From the human T2T-CHM13v2.0 reference genome, Homo sapiens, in NCBI GenBank assembly GCA_009914755.4, contig CP068257.2:20704001-20768000 (forward strand): a stretch of DNA of 64,000 nucleotides. The letters are read 5' to 3'. This document shows, piece by piece, positions 51,361 to 64,000 of this stretch. Below the pieces are notes generated by a model. The model searched no databases and had not been told where the DNA came from. It saw only the letters and a program-made list of their open reading frames with translations. How positions within the stretch are numbered: position 1 is the stretch's first letter; each line of letters starts with the position of its first letter. A program made the translations under genes and the position numbers.

Positions 51361-54300
51361 AAATTAAGTACAGTGAATAGAATAATTGTTTAGGTAATGT
51401 TTTTGTGTAAATTAAAATCTTAAAGTTGTTTTTGATGCTCATTTAATATCTGAGTCATTTCCAATAAAGAAAATGTTGTAATATAGAAAAATATGTTTCC
51501 AAAAATTGTGGAATTGTCCTTATCTATAAATGTCCATATCTGATAGCTCAGGATTTCTTGCTTTTTAGAGTTTCAGTATAGTTTTAGTTTACTAAGGATA
51601 AAATTCTAGTTAACATGTAATTCTGTATAGGAAATGTGCCAGAAAGGGTTGTATTATTAGTGGAAAAAGAATAATTTTATCTAATTCCAAAATTATCTAA
51701 AAGTAAGTTCAAATTACAGATTTGAAAAGGTTATTTATGAAACAGTGTAGTAAGAAACCATTAAGTAGGGGAGAAAGATATGGAAAAACTTTAAATAATA
51801 AAATATTATTTAAAACCCGATAAAGAATTGGAAACATTTGTCTATCATTTTCATAGTTAAAGCTCTTAGTCTTGAATAAAGTTAAAAGTATTGTAAAAAT
51901 GCATTGGCAGTTTGGCAGTTTTTAAAAAATATAGTTAAGCATGGAGCTGGATTTAGCATAAAGTCAAATTTCACATACATTGCATTGCTTCACACTATGT
52001 TTACAGTTTTGCATGGATAGTGCTAGAGTACTTATTGGTCATGTGCCTAAAGTGAATTTCTGAATTTCACAGAATGTATAATGATATTGGTGAACTTAAG
52101 GATATTGAATTGTGTGTCAGGAATAAAATATTCATTATGTGGGTTTTTGGGGGCCCTAAGTGACACTGTAACCACCAGAGTAAATAGAGTAGGAAAATTT
52201 AGATTTGGTTTCCTCCTTAATTGTTTTTGCTTCTAGTTTTCATTCATTTGCTGTTTATTCTCCTCTGGCTTTGATTGACTATCCATATATATAAATCATG
52301 ATGCTTTTTATTTTCTAATGGAAGGCTTTTATTTGGTTTTGTGAATAGTTATTTTGTTTCCAATGCATTTCTAGCAAGTCATATTCATTCCACTTATCTG
52401 GAATTCCTAAGCTACCTTTGTCAGGTCACAGGATTAATGGAGCACACCAGCTTTTTATTCTTATAAACTAACTTTTTGAATTTTAGGCTTCCTGGTATTT
52501 TAAGTATGCTGACTATACTCTCATAAATAGAATTTGAGTCATATTTCTTTCTCTCTGCCTAGTTTCTCCAAAACTTGTAAACTATTTATAAATATTCTTA
52601 ATTCATGGCAATGTGTTTGTTTACATACAGTCAAGCATGATCCCTAAGGCTGCTCAGGGAGAGAGAACTTAGAAACCTGGCATGCTGGCAAAAGGGTAAG
52701 AATTTCTTGCCAGTCAGTCTCTGGCCTCTTTCTTTCTGTGCAAACTGGTTACATTAAAGATAAAAATCACTGTTTGTCTCCTCTGTAAAGTTTTGACTTA
52801 ATTGGTTTAATAATAATAAGAGCTTAAATCAAATGTTTCATCAGAAATGTGAAAAACATAATGCCTTTTATTTTGTTCATGTGACTTGAGTAATCGTTGG
52901 CAAATAAAGACAGTTTTAAAGATTATTGGTAAAATACAATGTCTTCAAAATGTAAACATGTGGTGTAAGTTATGTTCAAACATTAGGTTTGCTAAAAGCT
53001 TTAAGATCATAAACTGCTTCTTTGGTTTTTGAAAATTGTTTAACTTGCCTGCATTCCAGCTGGGTAAGGCCTGGGGACATGTGGAGCTGGCCACTCCCTA
53101 GCTATGCTGGAAGCAGTCAAACCTTATTAGAACATAACTTACCAGATTTTTACATTAAAGTTAAAATTGCTAAGACTCACTATTATAATATGCAATTGAG
53201 ACTGCTAGAAACAGTTTTAAATGTAAGGTGTGCAAAAACAGTAGAATGTGATTTTTTATGTTGTTGTTTAAAGGTTATAAAAGGTTTTTGATTCTTTAAA
53301 ATTTTGGACTCATCATTTTGGCAAAAGAAATAATTTATGGTAATCTAGAATTCCAAAATCAAACTTAAGCCTCAAAATTATCTTTCCTAATGCCTGAGTT
53401 TCTGGATGGATCAGAGGGCCCCTGAAAACATCCAGAAAGGAGGTAAACAGGATTATTTGACATGTTTAGGTACGTAGGATTGCCAAAATGATGTTCAATC
53501 TTCTTTAGGCTATGTTTTTGTGAATATATTCCAAAATTGTATGGGATTTCTAAAATTCTAATGTCTAAGTGTATGCTACCAATCACAATTATAGTTATTA
53601 TGTTATTGTAAACCACAGAAAAAAATAAATTTCCTTGTATAAAACTACTAACTCAAGTAGAACAAAATTAATTAAATACCAAGAAAATACTTTGTCAGAT
53701 TTTCATGTTAAACCAGTTGAAACTGAAATTGTTTAAAATAGTTTATAACCAATGCTTGGTCCCATATTCCTGGGAAGACAATTAATTCAATGCATGCTTT
53801 CTGGTTGTATAAAAGCTTTCCCACACAGGAGGACTGATGTTATAACAGTAGATTATTATGCTACAGTATATTTTCACCAGGTAAAGAAAGCTTTTTATGG
53901 TTTGAATCTTCTGGAAACATCAGAGTAAAACCATACTTGCCATCCACACTACAACAAAACTTTGGGACCTTGAACTTTGGGTTCATAACCTCATGACTGA
54001 GAAGGGTCCCTCTATGCTATTGGAGCTGTGCACCCACTGGAACCCTTAAGGTCAAACTAAGCAGGGAAATTTCTCCCAAGAAGAGAATAGGACCCTTGAT
54101 GTGAACAGCTTCCTAAGTTCACAGATTAAGACTTCTACTATCATGAACTCATATCTTTGAATATTTTTTCTTGCTTATGCCTTCTAAGAACAATAGAAGT
54201 GGAAAAAGGGTCTGTTATGTGCACTTATGGGGCACACTTTTATTTGTTAATGAGTTTGCAGCCTGCCTTATACATGGGTAACCTTATACTTTGATAGATA

Positions 54301-55074
54301 AAAGGTGAAGGCCCACTGTTGGTAAGAAACTTTAATGGTACATGTGTTGCCTCATAATCAGTCAAAAGCAAAACACTGGTTGACTCCTTTTAACCCACAT
54401 CATGGGTTAAAGGGAACATTGCCAGAAGGCCTTCACTCTTCTAAAAGGGCATCATTTGTTAGGTCCTTTTTCCATGGTTTAAAGTAAACTATGCAATGAC
54501 TAGAAATTTAATCCCTCATGACAGGCTCTATGGCAGATTCTACTGTAAAGGCTACAGTTACAGAATAGACTCTAAATTTTCTTGTGAAAGTTATGACAAA
54601 ATTCGCTAAACAGAGAAGTATCTGTGCAGCTGCTGGCACTTGTGGCCTATAGAGAAATACATCAAATGAAGATTATAGAAATTCAGTGGTAGAGGAGTGA
54701 TGAAGAAATTGCTTAGTCAAGTGAGTACATTCTTTATCTAGCTCATTATTTGATCCATTTGATTTTAGGAGGTTTGTTTTATGGGGATCTTGAGGAAGGT
54801 GCATATTCCAAACTCTTGATATTATTCTCCCAATAGTCATAATAATAGTCTCCAGAGTGCACTGTATTCTCTCAAAGGTTTCAAATGCTTGCATGCAGCC
54901 ATCTCTAGAATGTGATATGGTCTCTCCTCAACTGGAATAACAGGAGCTGAAAGAAATGTGCAACCATGAGGACACCATAACCTATAAATAATGTGCTGAT
55001 ACCAGAAACCCAAAATGATGGTAACTGAGAGTGGTTCTAAGGCCCTAAGTTTTGGTACACTCTCATCTAAGTGA

Positions 55075-55403
<329 letters not shown>

Positions 55404-55930
55404 AGGCAGAATATTTTAAACAAAATTCTGGGAGGCCGTTGTTTTGGACTAAGTTCATGCACTAGGTCTCAACAAACCAAGCCAAACCAAACCAAACCAA
55501 AATGGAGTTGCTTGTGCTAGGACTTTAAGGAAACACATAGATTCTAGAACAAATCAGGTTTTGTTCTGAATCCTGCAAATCTCTATAATACAGATTTCTG
55601 ACAGCATAGGTATCCACCCCCTAAAGTCCCCATTAAATCTTTTAACCAAATTCATTTCCTCTGGCCTAGAGACCATCAAGCTTCAGATGATCATGCAACA
55701 AAAGTCCCAGCTAGTTCCAGGTGAAGACAACACACCTGGCCTTCAAAAAGCTACTCTGCCTCCACTAGAGAGAACAGGGCGAGAGTTCCATGATCCCCAG
55801 TAGGTAAGGACTACACCCCAAGCCAGCATGAAGCAGTTACAGGAAAAGACGACCATTGATCTCTCTGCTTCCTATAAAGATTTATGGATTTATGGGGATC
55901 ACATCTGTTGGCGGGAGGGTGGGAAAAGGG

Positions 55931-56287
55931 GCAGGAAAATAGGGTCTGGAGGCAAGGAACATATAAGGCTGATTTACACTTCAGCTATGAGAGGAAATAT
56001 CCTCTCCATAGGACATACACAGAGTAAATAATTTTGTAACTTTACTTCATCCTCTCCATTTACATAGGGCATACCAGAAATAACCAGTGGAATCCTCTAG
56101 GGGGTATTTAAACTCCCAAAAATTCTGTAATGTGGCCTTGGAGCTCCTATGCTCAGGTCCGCTCACACACTGTGGAGTGTACTTTCATTTTCAATAAATT
56201 CCTTTGTCCCTTCCTTGCTTTGTTTGTGTGTTTTGTCCAATTCTTTGTTCAAGATGCCAAGAACCTGGACACCCTCCTCCTTTAATA
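55931..56287 (+). mobile_element. LTR-like repeat, copy A2 (TATA-like 'gggggtatttaaactccc', 'aataaa' ~95 bp downstream)
   Basis: 'gcaggaaaatagggtctggaggcaaggaacatataaggctgatttacacttcagctatgagaggaaatatcctctccataggacatac...cactgtggagtgtactttcattttcaataaattcctttgtcccttccttgctttgtttgtgtgttttgtccaattctttgttcaagatgccaagaacctggacaccctcctcctttaata'. The 67-aa ORF at 55828-56031 overlaps it. Confidence 0.5.
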
Positions 56288-58194
56288 GAATGATTTGATT
56301 TATTTTACTTCACATTTTGTTTATTTGTTTATTTGTACTCACATTTTGTGCTCATTTTTCCTACTGCAGAGGTTTTTAAAAATACTGAAGATATAATTGT
56401 CCTTATTTATCTCTGCATTTGTTAATCCACACATTTATTTGAACAAATGGTATCTTCAAATTTGCCATGTACCAGCTATCATTCTAGCCACACATGATCC
56501 CTACCTTCATGGAAATTTCTACCAATAAGTGTTCTAGAAAAACTTGACATTATTACTGAGTCTTACTGGCTTTGGGATACAACAAAATACACTTCCTAGT
56601 TTGAGTGACAGTCAGAAATGGTTCCTAATATCCTAGGTGAAATCTATCCATCAGTTAACTGCTTTTAAACAGCTCACACTGCCCCTTTATCAGATGTAGC
56701 AGCTGCCTCAAATAAAGCCTGTCTATTTTACATTCACATATCCATGGTTCATGTACATTCAATAGTCACTTGGAGATAAGGCAATAGATCATATATTTTA
56801 CCAGTTAGGTGTGAATCAGTAGTGCATTAATTGTAAGAATATAACTGGTAAACATACATATCAAAGGACAAGGATATTTGGATAATGAAGGGTGAGAAGT
56901 GAGATTTATTATGAATGGAGCAAATGTAAAATTTTATAATTAACGCAAATGTCTGGTATTTCCAGACATTAAAAACACATAACTATAGCAAGGTAATTTA
57001 TATCTCAATGTCACTATTTATTTATTTTCTCTGTGGGAGTATCTATAAGAGAAATATTTATTATTTCCTACTTTAAGCTAAAGAAGTGGCTAAACCTAGG
57101 TGTTTGAGTACTTGGGCATAGATTGAGGAGATACTATTAACATTTTTTTGTTACATAACTGAAAATTAAACATACTAAATATTTGGAAAACTCCTCCACA
57201 ACTTCATTTTACTTATGAACTCAATTGAGGACTATTGTGATAAACATTTCTTATACTTACCAAAGTTTTTGGTGTTCATATTTGTCAAGGAACTGTGCTA
57301 AAGGAGAGTAATTGACCATTGTAGAGTAAAGCCTAGGAAACTCTAAAATTCTCTACATTTTTTTTCTTTTTTTACATCCATAGGAAAGAAATAACATGAT
57401 TGAGGTTGAATTTATCACTACCAGAGAAATGGAACTTGAGCCTTATTACATTTGGATTAGAAAAACATTGGAATATCAGTTGAATACTCAGACTGTAAAG
57501 ACCATGAATATCACCTTTAGAAAAGTGTATCTGATTTTGGTTAGTTCTGCATTTTATAGCTGCTCTTATATGGGTACACTTAGCCTTCATCTGTGGACTC
57601 AATGTGCACTCAGTCAAAATAGCATATGTGGCTTAAATACTGAGTGTAACCTAATCATTTATTCCATAAATGTCTATAGTGCATTAATTTTGTGCTAGGT
57701 CTTTTCAAATCAAAAGCATTTGGGATAACATGAACAGCAAACTCACTCTTCTATGTATTACTATTTGGTTAACAGAGTCAGTCACTGTGAAAAGTAAACA
57801 ATTAGATAAACAAGATAACAATTGCTCTGATAAGTGAAATTAAGTAATAGTAGAGAAAGTTGATAATTATCCTTCCTTGGATAGTCAGTGAAGGCCAGAT
57901 GGAAAAGGCAGCATTTAAACAGATGTTAGAAAGAACTGGGTATTTAAGACAAATAACTTCTCAGGTAGGAGAAATAAGATGAAGGCTCTAAAGTCATTTA
58001 AAATTTAAGTTCAATACAGGACTAGAAAGAAAGCCAATGTGCTTGGATGGCTTAACGAGCTGTGATTTAGTGAATCATAAACAGGAAACTCGGAGATGAT
58101 TTCAGAGATGAAGTCTTGGGTCAAGATTTGGTAGGCCTTGTGTAGGGAAAATATCTTGGGCCCCCAAAATCACTAAGGAAAACTCAAGGTGGAA

Positions 58195-58605
58195 ACTGCT
58201 TAAGAAAAATCCTGCCTCCTATTCTATTCAAAGCTCTCCCTCTGCTCACTGAGATAGATGCATATATGATTGCCTCCTTTGGAAAGGCTAATCAGAAACT
58301 CAAAACAATGCAACCCTTTGTGTCTTACCTATCTGTGACCTGGAAGCTCCTTCCCGCTTTGAGTCTTCCTGCCTTTGCTTCAAGTTGTCCCACCTTTCCA
58401 GACCAAACCAATGTACTTTTTACATATACTGATTGATGTCTCATGTCTCCCTAAAATGTATAAAATCAAGCTGTGCCATGACCATCTTGGGCACATGTCA
58501 GGATTTCCTGAGGCTGTGTCACGGACCCTTCCCTCACCTTGTCAAAATAAACTTTCTAAATTAACTGAGATCTGTCTCAGATTTTCTGGTTTCACAGGCT
58601 CTTAG
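58195..58605 (+). mobile_element. LTR-like repeat, copy B2 (longer; has 'aataaa' at ~58545)
   Basis: See B1. B2 continues '...ccatcttgggcacatgtcaggatttcctgaggctgtgtcacggacccttccctcaccttgtcaaaataaactttctaaattaactgagatctgtctcagattttctggtttcacaggctc'. The 76-aa ORF at 58375-58605 is inside it. Confidence 0.4.
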
Positions 58606-58726
58606 ATAAAAATAAAGGTTTGGATTTATTTTTATGAGTGCATTTGAACTCGTTGTAATGAATAGTTTTGACGTGGTAGAAAAAATAATACTATAACATT
58701 ACTTTTAATTGTTCTCTAACTTCTGG

Positions 58727-59056
<330 letters not shown>

Positions 59057-59622
59057 TAAACAACATGAAAGCAGGAAGATGGTTAGCAGGCTGCTGCAGA
59101 GCCTAGATGGTTGTTAATAGCAGCTTGTTGAAGGACAAGTATAAAGGTAAATGACAAGTGACCATGTTCAGCATGTATTTTTGGTAGACAGATGGAGGTA
59201 TTGCTGATATATTACATGGAGGAAATAAGAGAAAAAAATGAGTAAGTGCAATTTCTCACTCAGTGGTTTAACAACTGAAGAAAGGACTTCTAGATTCTGA
59301 AATAAAATATTATGGAAGATGCAAAAGTTTATTGAAAGAAATAGTGTTACCATAGCCATGCATGTTAGGTCGCAGTATGGAGTATGGTTGAAATTCTGAG
59401 TGGAGGGTGTGTGAATCTGGTGTTCGGTGAGGTCAGGTGATAAGAATTTGAGCCACATGGCATATCATGACACACAAAATCATTTCTTCTGACGCTACTT
59501 CTATACATTCCAGTAAATAGAGGAAACATAAAGATTGAGGACTAAACCTTTAGGAAATTTGCAGTCAAGATTTTTTAACACAGGAGAAGATAATGAAGAT
59601 GATTTAGAATATATGGCTACAT

Positions 59623-60190
<568 letters not shown>

Positions 60191-62510
60191 TTATAGACAC
60201 CCTGAGGTGAGTAAGTTTCAGTGTGAAAGGAAGGAGAAATAGAAGCTAGAAAGTGCATATTTCCAAGATGGTGAAAAAGTGGAGAAAGAAATTGGTGATG
60301 GAAGCCAGCCTTGGAGAAGCAACTAGTAGATAATATCACATGTGAAGAGTTTGAACTTTAGTGGCAGGTGCATTTCATTCACAATAGCAAAATATAAGCA
60401 GAGTGTGGGTGCCGATTAAGGACTTTGGATAGATGCAGCCATAAGGAGAGGAGGGGGAATTCTACCTAGGCATGTTCTGCAGATTGAAACTATGTCACAG
60501 CTTCAATGGCCGCCCCCCTTTTCAATACTCCTGGATGAAAATGGGTTTTGGAATGTAGCCGGTTTTCAGTTCCAGATGTTTCTCATAACCCCAAATTATC
60601 TTCACTTGCCAATTTCCTCTGTCAAATTAATATAGGTTGGGTATTATTCTAACGGTTCACTTTCTTTTTAAACCATGTAATTCAAGGACATGAAGACTCT
60701 AAAAATGAACAGTTTTTTTTACTTAAGTTTATTGCTAAAAGTATGATTTCAACGGATAAAATGAGAAGAGAGCAGCCATAATAGATGGTAGTGATCATTT
60801 TCTTATTTAAAAAATCCTCTTTTGAGCATAGTAAGGAGCTGTGTACATTCTGAAGTATACTTGCTGAAAAATTATTACAGAAGCATAATAAAATGTGTGA
60901 TTTTGAACTTCACTCCTTTCCTTTCACAATGTCAAAATGATTCATATTTCTCTAGAAATGTTCAGGAGGAGAATATTCACCTGTGTAAATTATATTCCTA
61001 TGGGGAAGGGATTACTGCTCTTACCGAAGAGTTTATGGCAGGGTTTACTCTTTTCCATTGACAGTATGGGATGAGAGAATGGGACTTAGCTTTGTGTCCA
61101 TTTGCATTCCAGTCACCGAAATAATAATAGCTATATGGCACCTAGAGTAGAAAGGATGCTTTACAGTAAGGGCATTCTCTCAAAACTTAATAGTTTCCAC
61201 TATAAAAACTAAAGACAGTTCTTCCTAGTTTCACTGTTTCAGAGCACTGTTATTAGTTGGCTCAAAAGTTTAAATAGCTTTTGTTGTAAAATAAACAATT
61301 GGTATATGACATTCTATGAGAGGGATGGTCTGAGAATGGTTTATTGTGACAATGCAATCACTTTCAGGTATTAAATTTCAGGATGAAAACTATAAATCAT
61401 TCGCTTTCCCAGAGTGAAGTTTGACTTATTCCTGTGGCCAACATGGCGTATGGACACCAAGGACAAATAAGTCAGAATAACTTGATGGAAAAGACCTTCA
61501 GCGATAACTACATAGTTTTCATCTCTTGTATGAACAAAGTGTTAAATTTTCTCTACTATCAATTCTTTAGTGATATATTGGCTATGATTTTTTTCTGTTC
61601 CATGATATATATTATTTTATCATATAATATACATTGATATATGAATTGATTAAGGTCAGGGATATATACCAAGATAATAATTTGTTCTAAAAACTATATG
61701 TTCAGTTTTTATCATTAAAAACATTTTAAATAATAACTAATTCTCATTTGTAGTCAATAAGTGGCACATGCATAATCATATGGCAAAGATATATTTTTGT
61801 TTGGTGCTGTAGGTACAAATTACAGTTTGATCTTTCATACTTTATGAAAACAATGGTATAAATAGATATATGGTTCATATTGCAGTTGAATATAATATTT
61901 ATTCAATAACATTTATTAATGATATTTCAGGAAGTATTTCTCATACTTTAATGTATACATGAACCACATGGTATCCTCTTAAAAAAGCAAATTTTGTTTC
62001 AGTTTTTAGAAGATGGAGCTAAGATTTTTTCATTTCAAACTGCTTTGTGATCCGCTGATCTCAGTTTCAGTAGCAAATTTAAAAATATGTATGCTTCTGG
62101 ATTTTAATAGATAACTGAAATAAAACAAAATATTTTTCAGTACTAAGAGTGGTTAAATTTCAACATGATCTTTGCTTAAATGAAAGAGACTATTAGAAGT
62201 ACATTTTCTAGTACTCTTTTTTATTTCTTTTCATTTTAAATATATTTCCAAATTACAATACTTTAATTTAATGACTCATGCTGACTTCAAAATTAACACC
62301 ACAGCTAAAATATATGAGCTCCTTTTACAGCAGCGTTTTTCCTCTGGGAAATAGTAACTTCTCTTGCCATTGTTTTCATTATTTTCACTTCTTTTCTTCT
62401 GTACAAGGATCTGACAATACATCCTCAACTTTACTTGCTTGAAAACAGAAGCAGTGGCAAAGATTAGTGGTGAAAACCAGGAGACTTAAAAAACACATTT
62501 AATCTCTTTC

Positions 62511-62570
62511 ATTCCCTTCCTTCCTTCCTCCCTTCCTTCCTTCCTTCCTTCCTTCCTTCCTTCCTCTCTC
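62511..62570. repeat. (TTCC)n = (GGAA)n microsatellite, ~13 units with minor interruptions
   Basis: 'tcattcccttccttccttcctcccttccttccttccttccttccttccttccttcctctctctc'. Confidence 0.9.
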
Positions 62571-62769
62571 TCTTTTTTATTTTTTGGAAAATACTCAACT
62601 ATCATCATTCACTGCCATTCAAAACATTTTTCAATCATGTATTGTCACCTAAAAGATTTATTCAAAACCTAACGGTGAATGGATAAAGATGCTCAATTTG
62701 GGGGCTCTCAATAGACAATTCAGGAATGCCGATGATTTTGCTATGTCAGTTTGGTGCTATGAAGGGAGG

Positions 62770-62900
62770 TAAAATATATTGCTTAAAATTGTATATATAT
62801 ACACATTACATTATATATACAAAAATTACATGTATATATATATACACATTACATGTATATATTTTATAATTTTATTAATATATATAGTTTTAATTACAAT
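62770..62900. repeat. AT-rich low-complexity / (TA)n-like tract with internal direct repeats
   Basis: 'aaaatatattgcttaaaattgtatatatatacacattacattatatatacaaaaattacatgtatatatatatacacattacatgtatatattttataattttattaatatatatag'. The unit 'tatatatacacattacat' recurs about 45 bp apart. Confidence 0.6.
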
Positions 62901-63539
62901 TCTTACATATAATATAAACATAAATTTTATGTGATCCTTTTTTCTTGAATTAAAGGTTATATAATAAAAGCTACCACCTGCAGTTCTCACAGCAGTAGAA
63001 TTCCAAATCAGCCGCTGCAAAATCAGCAACAGCAGCTGTAACCTGGTTTTTAGAGAAGTTGAAATCAATTTTCACAGGTAACTTAAAGTTTATACAAATG
63101 CAGATTGTGTTCGCCAGTGTTTAACATTTGTATAATAGTCATAAAGATAATAGTACGATAAAGAGTTATTCTTACTGAATTTCAATACACAGTCTCTTCT
63201 TTTCTGTTATGGTCTTCAAAGGTATTATTTAAGCTTAATTACATTTATGAAAACAAATTAAGAAAAATGTCAAAGTTGGGATTTAAAGAGGTATACACTT
63301 ACTAAAATAAGGTATGTTTCTTAAACAAAATGTATTCTATTTTAATCATTAATTTAAGACTTTCAGTTCTTCATGAATCAGTGACCCATCAATAGTGTAT
63401 CTTTTACTGTAAGTTAATTTCAATCCTAGATTTGTATACAATTAAAGTAACATATTTATCTTAATCTTTTAAGTTTTTATATATCATCCAGAAAAATGAG
63501 ATATCTATAATAGTCTTTCAGTTCTGTAAACTTTTCTCT

Positions 63540-64000
63540 TTTTTCTTTCTTTAATTTTTTTTTTACTTTTTATTTTTGGTAACAATGGTTTTACATATTT
63601 ATGTGGTAGATGTACCATTTTGATACAAGCATAAAATGTGTAATAATAAAATCTAGGTAATTGGGATATTCATTACATAAAATATTTATAATTTATGTGT
63701 GTTGGGAACATTCCAAATCTCTTCTTCTAGTTATTTTTAAATTTACAATAAATTATTATTAACTGTAGTCACCCTATTGTGCTACTGAACACTAGACCTT
63801 ATTCTATTAACCATCACCTCTTTATAACCCCCCGCAAACCCACTACCCTTCCCAACCTCTGGTAACTGTCATTCTACTCTCTGTCTTTATGAGATCAGTT
63901 TTCTTTAGTTCCCATATATAAGTGAAAACATGCAACATTTATCTTTCTGTGCCTGGCTTATTTCACTGAACATAGTATCCTCCAGTTCCATCCATGTTGT
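63540..64000 (-). mobile_element. L1 3' end (older subfamily), antisense, running off the window end
   Basis: T-rich start, then '...ctgtagtcaccctattgtgctactgaacactagaccttattctattaaccatcacc...cccactacccttcccaacctctggtaactgtcattctactctctgtctttatgagatcagttttctttagttcccatatataagtgaaaacatgcaacatttatctttctgtgcctggcttatttcactgaacatagtatcctccagttccatccatgttgt'. This parallels the antisense L1 3'-end order seen at 9770-10310 and 24040-24640. Confidence 0.6.

Overview
This 64-kb window is not a prokaryotic or phage locus. It reads as primate, almost certainly human, nuclear DNA: AT-rich, with no operon structure and no ORF over 151 aa. It is packed with hallmark primate repeats. I count at least 15 Alu SINEs, several with intact target-site duplications (TSDs) and long pure A-tails, including one carrying the AluYb8-type 7-bp duplication. 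There are also multiple L1 fragments (old L1M ORF2/3' regions and young L1PA 3' ends), MaLR/THE1-type and other solo LTRs, and microsatellites: (TG)n, (TTCC)n, (TAGG)n, (CAAA)n and AT-rich tracts. Every entry in the ORF track that I could place lies inside one of these repeats (Alu antisense frames, L1 ORF2 remnants, LTRs) or in low-complexity DNA. I therefore call no cellular protein-coding gene, tRNA, rRNA, CRISPR array or promoter. An exon of a host gene could be hidden here, but I cannot establish one by eye. The strongest non-trivial signal is a ~1.1-kb near-perfect palindrome at 25418-26519, with 495-bp arms, a 112-bp unique spacer and a single arm mismatch. It sits exactly at the 5' junction of an L1PA insertion into a MaLR element, and its segment order matches a double template-switch (fold-back) inverted duplication, or else an assembly artefact. 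Secondary observations are a probably young AluYb8 insertion, several nested young-in-old retroelement insertions with clean TSDs, closely spaced inverted Alu pairs, and two diverged LTR-like direct-repeat pairs with a parallel ~7-kb spacing, which may mark an ancient provirus. All coordinates are read off the printed sequence by eye. Alu boundaries should be good to a few bp; L1, LTR and MaLR boundaries are approximate (about ±30-100 bp), and subfamily names are recognition-based.
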